Shown here: positions 12,981 to 24,852 of the stretch, piece by piece
How positions within the stretch are numbered: position 1 is the first letter of the stretch
Layout of the letters: every line of letters starts with the position of its first letter
NCBI GenBank assembly: GCA_002633005.1
Contig: NMRA01000035.1
Span: 1,207,059 to 1,271,058, forward strand
DNA from: Phoronis australis
Lineage: Eukaryota > Animalia > Phoronida
DNA length: 64,000 nt
Direction of reading: 5' to 3'
The notes under the pieces: generated by a model
Seen by the model: only the letters and a program-made list of their open reading frames with translations
What the model was told of the DNA's origin: nothing
Databases searched by the model: none
Program-made: the position numbers and the translations under genes

Positions 12981-13299
12981 GATAACACTGTCCCTTCGCA
13001 GCGCCCTCGCGTGACCAGAGTGTCTCTCCAAATGTCAACCTCATGACACTAGGAACTTCTGGTATGGAGACATTGTGCCTGCTCGAATTAATCGTCCGGT
13101 GTAAACAACAATCATGGAGTGTTGATTCTGTTGAACGTTTCTACAAGACATGTGAATGACACCCTTGCTAAATAGTTGAGTGGAATGATTGCAACACAAT
13201 GGGTTCCAATCTGACTTCAGCCAGCAGGTACGCATACATTGGTATCAGCTCAAAAATCACCGTTTTCTCTTAGCCTTTGGTGGTAAAACACCGGCCGGT

Positions 13300-13990
13300 T
13301 TCATATCCATCTTCGACGCATACCTTCACGCAGTTATAGGAACACCACACCCTTGCACATCCTGTCACAGCTCACTTCAGCAGTACACATTTCATCAATT
13401 CTTTGTTCACCAGCTCACTTCCTTTTGTTTCATTTTACTGCCTGTGACAAACGTAACAATGGCGGACTATGGACGATTTTTTACCTTTTACCTTGTCATG
13501 CAAGTGGCACAACACCAGTGATGTTTAGTAGCCGGGTGCTTGAAGCACATGTACAATAAACAACATCTGGCCGATTTAACCGATGTATTATTCATACTGT
13601 GTGAATGCAGGACAGCACAGCAACGTAAACAAAAGTCGGCACAGTAGAAAGATGCACTCCGAAAAGGCGCAACCACAATTTTCTGGGATTCACATTTCTT
13701 GCACCGATTTGGCTGTAGAACAGACCACATTTATACTTCTTCCATCAATCATGCCAGTTTGTCTGCGTAAAGTGCTACCTGTTGAGAATTCGACCAGCCA
13801 ATCAGAAACACCGGTTTAAAAAAAATTCCGGAGGAGAATTAAATGATATCTGCGTGCTCTCTATCACCATCATAGTTTTTTGCAATGAGCCAATGAGAGA
13901 CTGCGTTGGACTTAACATTAAAAATGCCTCTGCCTGAACCAAGGCAAGATGGTCAATGTAGGCTACAGTAAAGGTACACACAGAAAAGTC
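13300..13990 (-). pseudogene. Possible decayed TRIM/B-box zinc-finger gene fragment
   Basis: Minus strand gives CKKCES..VV...FYCADFCLRCC...H then CFKHP.....CCATC followed by stops; Cys/His spacing resembles tandem B-boxes. Confidence 0.3.
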
Positions 13991-14079
13991 TAACATTCAC
14001 AAAAATTAGACTCGTGACATTTCTATAAATAAGTATGCACACTATTAACAGACACTGGGATTACAAGTTGGCACACCGT

Positions 14080-16135
14080 AGAACAGAAAAACGAGAAGTC
14101 AGAAAGCGAAAGATATCAGTAGTAGATGAAGATATCAATATTTTCGACACACGTCTCTTCCTGCCAATGGCTTTTCATCAAAAGGGCCTCAACCAAAGAC
14201 ATCATATCGTGATCTGACAAAATGAACCAATCAAATTTACATGTAGCTGCTTTTAACTTTTGGTCTTGTTGTTTTTGGTGGGGAAGACCTCTAAGGAGAC
14301 AGCCGCTAGAAATTAGGGTCAGTAAATGTTTCAACAAAAAAATCACGACACAGGGTCAATTTTAAACCTGCTGTGCAAATGACGCGTGTTACTCATTTAG
14401 AGCATGGTTTTGGTCTGTCTTTAGGGGGTGTTTTAAAGAAATTCTAGCTATTAGTGCACCAAGAAGAGGTGCTCACAAATTCACGCTTGAGGTAGTTTAA
14501 GGTAACGTAAGAAAATCTTGCCACGGGTTGCAAAATCTGGAGAAATAGCACAGCATCACTTCAGACTTGAGTAGTATCTATTATAAGTATTCAAATGTTT
14601 AGATATGCTATTACGAACATATTAAAAACAAAAACATGATTGTACAAATACGGAAATCAGAAGCAAAAAGATTTATAAGCGATGCATCAAAATATACTAA
14701 CCTTGCTTAAGAGGAATTCATTGAGAAAAAGGTCGAAATTTGAACTACCATTTAATAATAAGGTGACTTTAGTAGAGATATTATTACAGGAATTGAAAGT
14801 ATTTACAGTTAATTTGTTTTTATTTAGTGCACGAAAGACGGAAAGTGGACTCAGAAATTTCGATTATAATTTACCTATTTCGGTGGTCACAATTCACATC
14901 ATTAAGGTCCAATTTGGGTAAGTTTCACATTGTTCGTGTTCTGAACGTAATCTTTGAAAGGATGCAGATCGAGGGTCCATGGTACACCACGTTGAAGTCA
15001 TTTTCAGAATCCATCGTTGAAACACGGGCATGAGAGTTTCTGGTGACATAATCCAACCGTAATCAAAATTCACCAAACACTTACTTTTTAGAGGTTTATT
15101 TGAGATTGCCGAAAATCATCGATTTGGCGACAGGAAAAGAACTTACACGATTTTCGTTTTTTAGCCAGCTAAACAGAGCGAAATGCGACTTTGAATATAA
15201 TTAAGCTCTAACTTTTAGGTGTGTATTGAGCACTGTTTAGGTAACACAGATAAAACTAGGGATATCTCCTTTCACACTGTCGAGTGTCTTGATCTAATTT
15301 TGTGATGCGTCAAAAATAGTTCGAGTCGTGAAATAATGGCCAGTTAACACCTTTTGTTCTAAATGGGTACACCGACCGTTGCCGGGATTCGCTCCGAATT
15401 CCTTCAGTTAAACTTCTTCTTGATTTTCTTCAGAAGGAGCATGTTTCCGATGTTTCAAAACAAGACATATTGATGGTCATTGCAATACCGCCGTCATTTA
15501 TGTCAACTGCGGTTAATCGCACAAAACTAGCATGCATTGTAATCACGGCTGCCGAACCTCCTCCCAAAACGCAGTTTGGTAGATTGTTTTTGGATAGGCT
15601 TGGTTTCTTGAAGATGTGAACTTAGACCAGAGCCGTAAAACAACAATAACTGTGGTGTTATTGGGATTTTACTAAACAGCGGATGCCTGAGCAAAGGCTA
15701 CCGTTCAAAGTTAACTGAAATCGAGGCGGCGATCTCACCATTCACTTTTGCATTTCGCTTAAAATGACCGACGGAGGCATAGTGTAGCACTGGGCAAAGT
15801 CAGCGCCAAAAATTAAGTGCTAATTTCCGGAGAGTACGTGAGAAAAAGAGATGAAAAGCCGTGGCACATTGGATGGGATGCAACTCTAAAATAACACTAG
15901 TCGGGATCGTTATCATAGAGCACTGGCCTGCCGTGAGAGACGAGTTGAACATTTTCAGAAATGCCGAGCTCTGGTGCACAGCCTGGCGGGATTGCATTTC
16001 TCTCCTGTGTTCCAGAAATATATTGACGTCCATACTTACTTTTGATTGATATTCAGCGTAAACCTGACGTCGTTCCTTTTGAAAAGCTTTTAACGTTACA
16101 TGTCTGTGTGTATTTAAAACCGATTGAATCCCGCG
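14080..16135 (+). mobile_element. Degenerate BEL/Pao gag-protease remnant, right copy of duplicated block
   Basis: EGACFRCFKTRHIDGHCNTAVIYVNCG*SHKTSMH at about 15433-15537; collinear with 1-1620, with reciprocal deletions. Confidence 0.65.
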
Positions 16136-16670
16136 CTGATGATCTCGGCAAGTAGACGACATGGGGGAAAGACAGAGGGCGCGAAGGTAGCGAGGAAAAG
16201 GAAGGGGAGGAGTTTATACACCTGTAACGTTTAAAAAAACTGATGACTACTGTAAGTGTGGAGCCCAATTTTACGTCATCTGACGAGATTCACAGTTCCC
16301 GCAGTAACAAGCTAAGTTGCGTGCCTTGACAAAGCCGTAATCAAACTCGGGTGACTGCCAAATAGAACCACTACATCTTATACGTTTGTTAAACAATATA
16401 TTAAAGCTATTGCGCAAATTTCGCCGACCAGCCAGCTATTTTAAGATTAGTGGTCTGATGTTTTAATGTGAGTATGCGCTGAAATGAAAAGTTGACGCGT
16501 TTCATAAACACTGTTCACATATAGCGGTTGTCTCTTTCTTGTGGAGGAGTCTCTCTTCCAAAATGATTGAAAGTAGAGTAAACTACGCATAACAAAATAC
16601 TAACCTTTAAGACACAACCACCTCGTTTTGGCTCCTTGAAATTTTATGTTGTAAATATTATAATATAATA

Positions 16671-17537
16671 TTTTCATTGTCACAAACGTCATAATGGTTG
16701 TACGTCACATGGTGAAACTTCTGGAATATTTCAACAATTCACATGACGTGCCTTAAAAGTTAACATTGGTGCACGAAAATAGCCGTAGATTTGTTTTCAC
16801 TTTAATTCAAGAATTGTTGTGGCTTTTGAATACACGCATGCCTCGTTTGTAGTCAAAAGTCATTGTATTCAAACAAAGTCGTGAGTCTAAGAGAAAAGTG
16901 TGCCTTCGTTTTTCGTTCTTTTGAAACGTGTTATTTCCCTTTGCAGCTTTGTACGTGACGTCACACTGCGCGTTTAGTTCCCCGACGAGTTTTGACAGAA
17001 ACATTCGTGCAAGTAAAATGGGCTATTGCTTTGATTTGTGTATATTTGCTACAAGCTGCCATAAATGAACAGATTCTGATCACATTTCATCCTAAAAAGA
17101 GAAGTAGTCACGCCTGAAAGGTAAGCAGACATTTAAAACTGCGTCTTTAACTGACAATCGAGTTAAGTCTTCTATTCTTAAAAATCGGTTTGAAACGTCA
17201 TGACCATGAATTGTTTTCTATTACCAAGAAAATCTTTTAAACCGTCAGCCTTTATTCACACGCAAACTAGTCATACCTGGACGCGCTAACAACTGAAAAA
17301 CTTGAAATTTGTGGCAAAGTGACGCCATGACCTTGAAAGCTCGTCTTTTTTCAGTTTGTTTAAAAAGTGTGTTCGACTACGATACTGTAATTTTTATTTA
17401 GATATTTGGTCAGTTAGTCCGCGCGCATTGGATCCGGGGTCTGAGGTCCGTAATCGAAAATAAAGTCGGAAATTTACCAGTTGCACGACACGCTTCGAGC
17501 CACAAGCCCTTGAATTTCCCGATGACTCATAACCATA
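16671..17537 (+). repeat. Paralogue of 4241-4992
   Basis: Collinear high similarity, with about 100 bp extra near 17058-17150. Confidence 0.85.
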
Positions 17538-17618
17538 TCTAAGAAACATAAAGGTTGGACACTAAAACTTTGCGGAGCCGAGGCTTCCTACTTCAGCTGT
17601 CCCAAATCTAAATAAAAT

Positions 17619-17720
17619 CTGGCCGCCTCCTTCCGCGTCCGCTTAAAAACGGCCCGCGAGAAAGAAACACCTCGATTCTAAATAGAAGGCCGTTGCACTA
17701 CCAGGGAATAAGCCGAAACG
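17619..17720 (+). repeat. Dispersed repeat shared with 33326-33457
   Basis: CTGGCC..CTCC.TCCGC.TCCGC..AAAAACGGCCCGCGAGA...CACCTCGA...GCCGAAACG in both copies. Confidence 0.6.
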
Positions 17721-18840
17721 GGCGCAACGAAGGCCTGTAGTGGAGCGGGACACACAGGCAGAGGGAGTTTGAGCGAACGAATCGTTTTATATAATAAGTA
17801 AATAAAAACAGTACGCTTTATTACAGACGCGCTGAAGCATGTTTTTCACTGGCAAGCAACTAGCAAAACCCTAATCTACCAAAAGCATTACTAACACATC
17901 CAAATTTAAGAGGTAAAGCAAAAGTGATATCGCAATGTTTGGCGTATGACAATTTTGTAGATCTTTTGCGATATTGATGTAGTGCAAGCAATTTTTACCT
18001 CATTAGTCCTGATTTGCATGCATAATTAGGCTCAATTAGCTGAAATTTTAAACAATCATGTCTCTCAAACCACTTGACAAAATCGGAGCATGGCTCACGT
18101 AATTCTGGTGTTAACCAAGATGGCCGACTTGTTTTAGATTTTTGCATGTGCACAAGGTCAATCGAAGTCAAGAATATGGGAAAATTTTCCAACCACTGGT
18201 ATTTACTACAAAATGATCGTAACAGCTAAAATGCACCAAGTGTATGCAAGTTTTATATGAAATTGCCGTTCTTTGTCCAAATGGCTATTTTCTTGCGTAT
18301 TTGGGTTATTATTAGCATCAACTGTAAACAATCATATCTGCCGAACCACTTGACGGAATCAAAGGAGTTTTGGCCCGATATATTTGCGATACTTGAAAGG
18401 TCATTCAAGGTCAAGGTCCCATATTAATTTCCTAATCATGGCTATTTTCTCCCAAAATGTACAAAAGTGTAAATAAAACTTCCTTTTTAATTTTCACTCT
18501 ACTGGTATTTTATTGGCTAAGTATACAAGAATGAGCTTCTGATCAATATATAAATGCTATAATAACGTGAACCATTTGCTACGAAATGTTAAATTACCGT
18601 TACCTTTAAATTAATTTTGCGTATTGAACACATCAACATCTGTGATATACCGAAACATGCAGCAAATAGCCTCATGTTTGTTTAAGCCTACGTCTTCACA
18701 CTTTTTCTGTGCACCATATGTAACAAAGTCATTTTAATTAAAATTAATACTGCTAGCCAGCTACTGAGCAGTGCCAAAGTTATAGGGTGCAAAATGGGGT
18801 TGCATTAGTTTCTTGATAATGCGAATCGTTTGTCACGCAC

Positions 18841-18998
18841 CAGGGGCGGATCCAAGATTTTGAGTTGGGGGTGGGGGGCAGGGCAGAGTATTAGCCAGGT
18901 GTTTTCCCGTCTGACATTCGCATCCCCAAACTGCCAAGTGGAATCTGAGAATATATTAGGGGGCCATAGCCCGCTTGGCCCCCTCTAAATACGCCATG
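18841..18998. mobile_element. GGCGGAT-family MITE
   Basis: CAGGGGCGGATCCAAGATTTTGAG...AAATACGCCATG; body is similar to the reverse complement of 63041-63203. Confidence 0.65.
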
Positions 18999-19264
18999 AC
19001 AATTATCCTGTTATGACAATTTCACGTGCTCTCCCTGATAAATCGCACAGATATTTTCAAATTGCCTGGAGCCATGCACTGGGCTATCCTAGGTGTAACC
19101 ATAGACTATAGTAGGTGGACCGCCAACTCTGTGTAATTTCAATAGACCAAAAATGTGACCGTACTGTATGCCCAAGGCGCGAGCAACGCTATTGGCCGAG
19201 AAGTCATTATTCACTGGCGGCGCCTGGTGTGAGTCACGGTTTTATTTCCGGCAAGTCGCCTGCT

Positions 19265-19650
19265 ACTCTTTCACAGTGCTACGAAAGGTAGCACTGTAAA
19301 ATGTTGTTGAACATGGCTTCTCATTAATTTGGTTAAAGTAATGAAAACGACGTCATAACTTTCAGTCATTACCATTGGTTGAAATTTGGGAAACTCCGTT
19401 CACTGTTTCCAAGCACGTCAACCACCTTAATTGATTGACTTGAATAGTTGTAATTAATTAAAACGGGCATTGATCGAAGTTTACAAAATCAATGGAACCA
19501 ATCTATAGGCTTAAACTCAAACAGGTACAGCGCATAAAGACGTGTGCTAGTGGTGGCGATGTGATAAGTATACACGGAATTCCGTGTGTTGTTCATCATG
19601 TTTCCACATTGCGACTTTTCAGTACAGGTGGCGCTGTGTCAGAGGGTAGT
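19265..19650 (+). repeat. Second copy of the hairpin/RecQ-like repeat
   Basis: Collinear with 12610-12980; translates as LKLKQVQRIKTCASGGDVISI. Confidence 0.6.
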
Positions 19651-20259
19651 TGTCTGCCCACAAACCGGAAACTGACGCATTTTGTGGGAATCCATAGGTA
19701 AATATCGGAAATGCGAATCTGCTGTCTATTATCTGTGGTGTAACCTTTTTAAATTTCAACTCTTTTTGCTCTGTTCGTTATATACATGCCAGCCTTTGAA
19801 ACATGGTTCAGCCGGTAACCCAGTGTTCGTTGTCTCCATTATCTACGTTTTTGATTGTACAAATACTGAAATCAAGAAAATTGAAATGGTGAAATGGCTC
19901 TTGCCGAGGGGGCCTCCACGTGGCAAGAGTTGGGCAATGTTACATCATAGATGTATATTGACAGACATCCTCAACTGATAGCTACATTTGTTTACTACAC
20001 AACTAACAAAAACGGAGCAAACCTGGAAATAAGTTTTAAAAACACCTTAACAGAACATTGCGTTCACCTACATCTGCCCAAGAGGGAAAGCCGTACGTTT
20101 TGCATAATCATGACCATAGATGTGAAGCCTACTAAAAGGTAAAATCACGAGTTTTAAGGACGTCGTGCCACAACTCATGTAGAGAAATATTTTAATTAAA
20201 TGGGGTTTGCTACATGTATGTGAAAAGTGACTTAAGATAGATTTAGTTTTAGACAAAAA

Positions 20260-20391
20260 ATTCGTACCAGTTGAATGAAGGTCTAGTCAAATAATTATGA
20301 GTACACCACAAAAGATAGACATTTGGTTTTAGGCAGCAATTTCGTACCTGTTGAATGAATGTCTAGTCAAGTAATTATGAGTACACCACAA
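20260..20391 (+). repeat. Local duplication (about 52-bp unit, about 80-bp spacing)
   Basis: TTCGTACC.GTTGAATGAA.GTCTAGTCAA.TAATTATGAGTACACCACAA occurs twice. Confidence 0.8.
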
Positions 20392-21616
20392 TTTAGAAAC
20401 AACTTATACATTTTCAGTATCTAGCAGTTACTTGTATATCCTGAGATACTTTGCACTTTAGCTCAAGTGAGATTTAATTAATTTCAGATGTTTGCAGCGT
20501 AAGTCTAAACTTCTGTCTTAAATCACTTTTCATGAAACGGACCGATAATCAATATCTAAGTTGAACAAGGTGTTGTCTTCGGGACTTTTGATTATCGGAA
20601 AGCAATGACAAGACAATTTCAGGATAACATGATACAGCGAAACTAGCTGTTTGTCAAGTGTATTGTCCGCATGGTTTGTCACGGTTTTCCGTTGCTCTGC
20701 ATGAAGAAGCATGTTTGTAACTATTATCTGTTGCAGTTGAGCATGAAAAAGCACATTTGTACACCGAACATACATTAGAAACAGTGTCAATGACCGGCGG
20801 TCAGTCATTCGTGTCGGGCTAACGCGCTACTTCAACCAAAGTAAGACTTGCAGTGCATGGCCAACTGGATTTAGACGGGGGGCGTTGTGTGGGGCTAAAT
20901 TGTCACAACGTCCCAAAAAGTGTCACAGTTTTTAGGATCTGTATTGGCAAAGTTATCCAGTACATGTGCTTGGTTGAAAGTTTTGGACACGTCCAGTTTT
21001 TCGGCAAAAAGATCGTTTTTATGGTTCATGTGAGAAAACAAATCCTACACTCGTCTCGGGTTTATGACATGGGCAAAACCTCTAGGAAATGTTATCATAA
21101 TCCCGAGGCTTGCCGAGAGATTTTGACGAAATTTCTCTATACAAGAATTACCTGGAGTGGTAGGAAAAGTTGCTTAAAGGAAAAAAGTGAGGAGACCAGT
21201 TAAGGGGCGTCGGAGGACAAAATATAATCGAACAGGTGCGTATTTTATGCCACAAACAATGCAAAATTTACCCACCAGGTGGCCGGACATGGGCCGACTA
21301 ATCGATCATTACTGTTTTTATGACATCGCACTTTCTCTAGAAACCTGCTCTAACTTGAAATCACATGAGTAAACTACAGTATCAGAAATTACGACAAAAT
21401 ATTCAAAGTACAAACAAAATATAGCAATGCTAAAATTTTTAAATGAACTATTAGTAAGCAAAAGCTTTGCAACAAATGATAGAAGTGCATAAATAATTGT
21501 TCGCATGCGTCTGAAATGACTACAGTGAAAAATAATGGCAGGCTCATTGGCGGGGCATCTATTTATATGTCACACGTGTGTACGCTTCGCAGATGACCGG
21601 TGATGACATATTAGGC

Positions 21617-21650
21617 ATGACAAAGCATTTATTCACATTCCATATTAAAA
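21617..21650 (+). promoter_or_regulatory. ARE plus TATA-like box, candidate GST2 promoter
   Basis: ATGACAAAGCA (21617-21627) then TATTAAAA (21643-21650), just before a short candidate exon. Confidence 0.55.
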
Positions 21651-21664
21651 GCAGCATCAGGCAT

Positions 21665-21699
21665 TCATTTCAGAGTAGCGAGTCATAGCAGCACTGCAG
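21665..21699 (+). other. Candidate non-coding first exon of GST2
   Basis: Inr-like TCATT/TCAG; GTCATAGC shared with the GST3 candidate first exon; perfect donor CAG|GTAAGT at 21700. Acceptor at 24839 lies 14 nt before the ATG. Confidence 0.5.
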
Positions 21700-24600
21700 G
21701 TAAGTTGTCGCACTGGGAAGTCTTAAGTATCTCTCACCTGGAGGGTTTTAAGAAACATTGCATTGTTTTGTCATGCAATACATTAACTGGTTTCATAATT
21801 TTCGTCCGAGCTCTCATTGCTTATGCCTGGGAGTAATATACAGTCCTAGCTTATACTCAAGTAATTTCACAAATTAAAGTACCGCCAATCGAACGCTCTG
21901 ATCAAAACAGTGGCCTGGTGAGCTGAGGCCACAGATGCCATACGGAATTCTATTAGAAACATCGTCCTCTTTGCAGTTTGGTCCAGCTGAGTGTGATGTG
22001 TGGACGTTGTGCATCGCCAACATTCAAGCAATGTAGCACACTAGGAAAATGTTTAAATTTAGCTAACTGTGGAACATCATATCTCAGAGATGGTTGATCG
22101 GAGTCATATGAAACTTTCAGATGCTACGCCCTATCTAAAGCCCTTTTAGTAATTGTTTTTAAAATGTTCCACTTTTGCAAAAGGGGTGATCAAAATAGGA
22201 CCCTTTTTGATTTCATGAAAAAATCGAAAGTTGCATAAAGCGAAATGATAATGTAGAAAACTGTAACAGCGTTTTGAGATATCACGAGGACCATTTATAT
22301 CAAGCAAAATTTGGTCATGTTATACATACTGTTGTTTTGCTATCAGCATGTCAAGACATGCTCATGCGGTCTTGTTGATAGAGTATTGTTAAATGGATGA
22401 AATCCGTTGTACTGTTTTATAAATAACAGAAAATAAATGGCACTTTTACCGAGTTCAGTAAAAAGTATAGTTTTGCAGGTATATGGGGTTTTTAGATAAT
22501 GTATTCTTTGGTGAGAAACCATAACATATTGATTGATAGGCAAATTTGAAGAAAGTGCTGTGACAAATATTGTTCAGTCTCTGTGACTCCTTGTGACCTA
22601 GCGCGTTGTAATCATGATTCTAACAGGCCAAGCAAAAACCATTACACCATTCAATGCGACGGTTTCGCCCATCCACTACACTCAGGTAACAAATGCCAGG
22701 ATATATATCCCGTTAGTGTGCATGACTGAGGCTGACCTTTTCACTTAAGGGCCAGCTGGAAGTTTTTTTACCTCAAGTTACTGCTTAACACATAGCTCCA
22801 GGCTGATCATTACCACTGACCACTCAACGACACAAAATGTTCACTGGCCAGAGCGGCGTTCTTTAGCCGGAACAGGCAAGATCACGCAAGACTTCGCGTG
22901 ATATCGACATTGCACACATTTTTAATTATTTTGACATCGAGGCCGACCTCAATGGTGATCCGCCAGGGTTCGATAGTGATCAAAACTCTCGTACATGATC
23001 GCTACTCTGGTACCTCAGCAAACAGCATTCAGTGTTGTTTCGTTGACGATTCAAGAGACCTCTCGGAAAAAAAATCTAAATTAACTAACTACTTGTGCGC
23101 GTTGGAAAGATTTAAAAACATTTACGGTCCTCAAAGGCGCCTTTCTGTTTACGAAAGGTACTTATGGCGACGTGACTTTGATGGTGAAGCCAGTGCATGT
23201 GTTTAAGCCATCTTGTACGACAGTCCAGCATTCTATATCGTTCCCAAATGCGTATTTTCGGGAAGTTGCTCCTCCATTGTGCTTCGGCCTTTGTCCCCTT
23301 TTGTCACATACACTCGTGTCCATATGGATAACGAGAAAAGTGTGCTTCCATGACTGTTGTGTTTGGATCAAATATGCATTTTATTATTGTTTGTAAACAA
23401 TGAATTCGTCACAATTGTTGAATCATGCAATACGTCAGTTTCGCGTATTACTTCTGAAGCAATAAAACAATACCAAAATGTTCCTGATTGAAGTTAACCC
23501 CCTTTCCGTTCTCGTGGGGACCTTAGGTGGTTGATTTTGTCCATGAAATTGCAACTTTTTTGTCAAAAACTAATAGTCCGGAATAAAGCATGAATCTATG
23601 CATCATGTAGTCGTGGCCATTTATTTTCGTAACTACTACGTCTGAGCAATCCATTGAACGTGATACTGTCGTTCACTTTTTAGCTTTATTAGTAAACTAC
23701 ATGTATACACGGAACACAAGAGAGATTCAACAACAAGAAGAAATAGACGAGCTTACTGTGTTGAAATAACAGTCGGTATTGTTATTAATTCGTTCCACAA
23801 TCATTTTTGTTAAGATCATCACTTATATTTTCGCATAATTTGCAACATTAGGCCTACAAGTGTCTAAGAGCGGTCCGGGTTCAAACCAAATGCCTTCTTG
23901 AAAGCGGATTTAGGCTGGGTGCTCGCATGGTACGACTTTCCAAATAAAGTGGCGTCCGTGGATGTTTAACAAATCTAATTCAAGTCATGTGTAGTACGAT
24001 TTTTGCTTGTTGAAGAATTTTAGAAATTGTAAGGAACATAACAAACAAACAAACCACAGCATAACACAACGTCAATTCGCCAAATGAGGTCGCTAAACGA
24101 GATCTGAAGTCAGCAAACAGTAAATCCGTATGAGGGGAGGGGGTTGGGGGATTGGGTTGCGAAAATCAAACAATGTATAGTTGACAATAGAAGAAATACG
24201 TGAACTGAAGTGCCGGCGAACTCAGCACTCCACTGGTGCATCCAAAAATGACAGAACGTCCCTTTTTCGTCGAACACAAAACAATTAGCGTCTGCCGTGC
24301 TCGGAAACGAGCAATTTCCCTTTCTGCCCAAAACACCGGGGAGGCTACCCTTCCAACGAATAAGCAGAACATCGGCACACAATACACGTTCATGGCTAAA
24401 AAACCGGACCTTCCAAGTTTTCTCGAACAATTTTGACTCCCGTCTGTTTACTTCCTGTTGTATTTTGAGTGCGCGTGCTCGGATGTGTACCGTGACGACT
24501 TCATCGCGACTTGATTTTTACCAGGCCGCTAAACAAAACCTGAGGGCTCACTAGCGAAAAAATTAGAGCCTAGAACTCAGACCCGAAACATAACCAATCA

Positions 24601-24852
24601 CATCACATGATTCGAGTACAAATGTGTTCGTTTATTCGTAGCGTGCCACGTCATTGACCCAGATGATTTTGAAAAGACGCTGGTGACGTAGTTCATTAAT
24701 TTATTTTGGGGCGGCAGTTAGCTATGAATGCACTGAACCTGCACTCGCAATAAAGTTCCAATTGTTCCCAAAACGCGTCTTAAGCGTTCGTGTGCTTGAT
24801 ATGAGAAGTTGTTAAAGACATATTTAATTTCTTTTCAGTTCCATTCTTTAAA

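Noticed and set aside
15800-16162. Minus-strand ORF conserved in both duplicate copies (also 1265-1522)
   Set aside because: It is antisense to the decayed BEL/Pao protease region; the conservation reflects DNA-level duplication.
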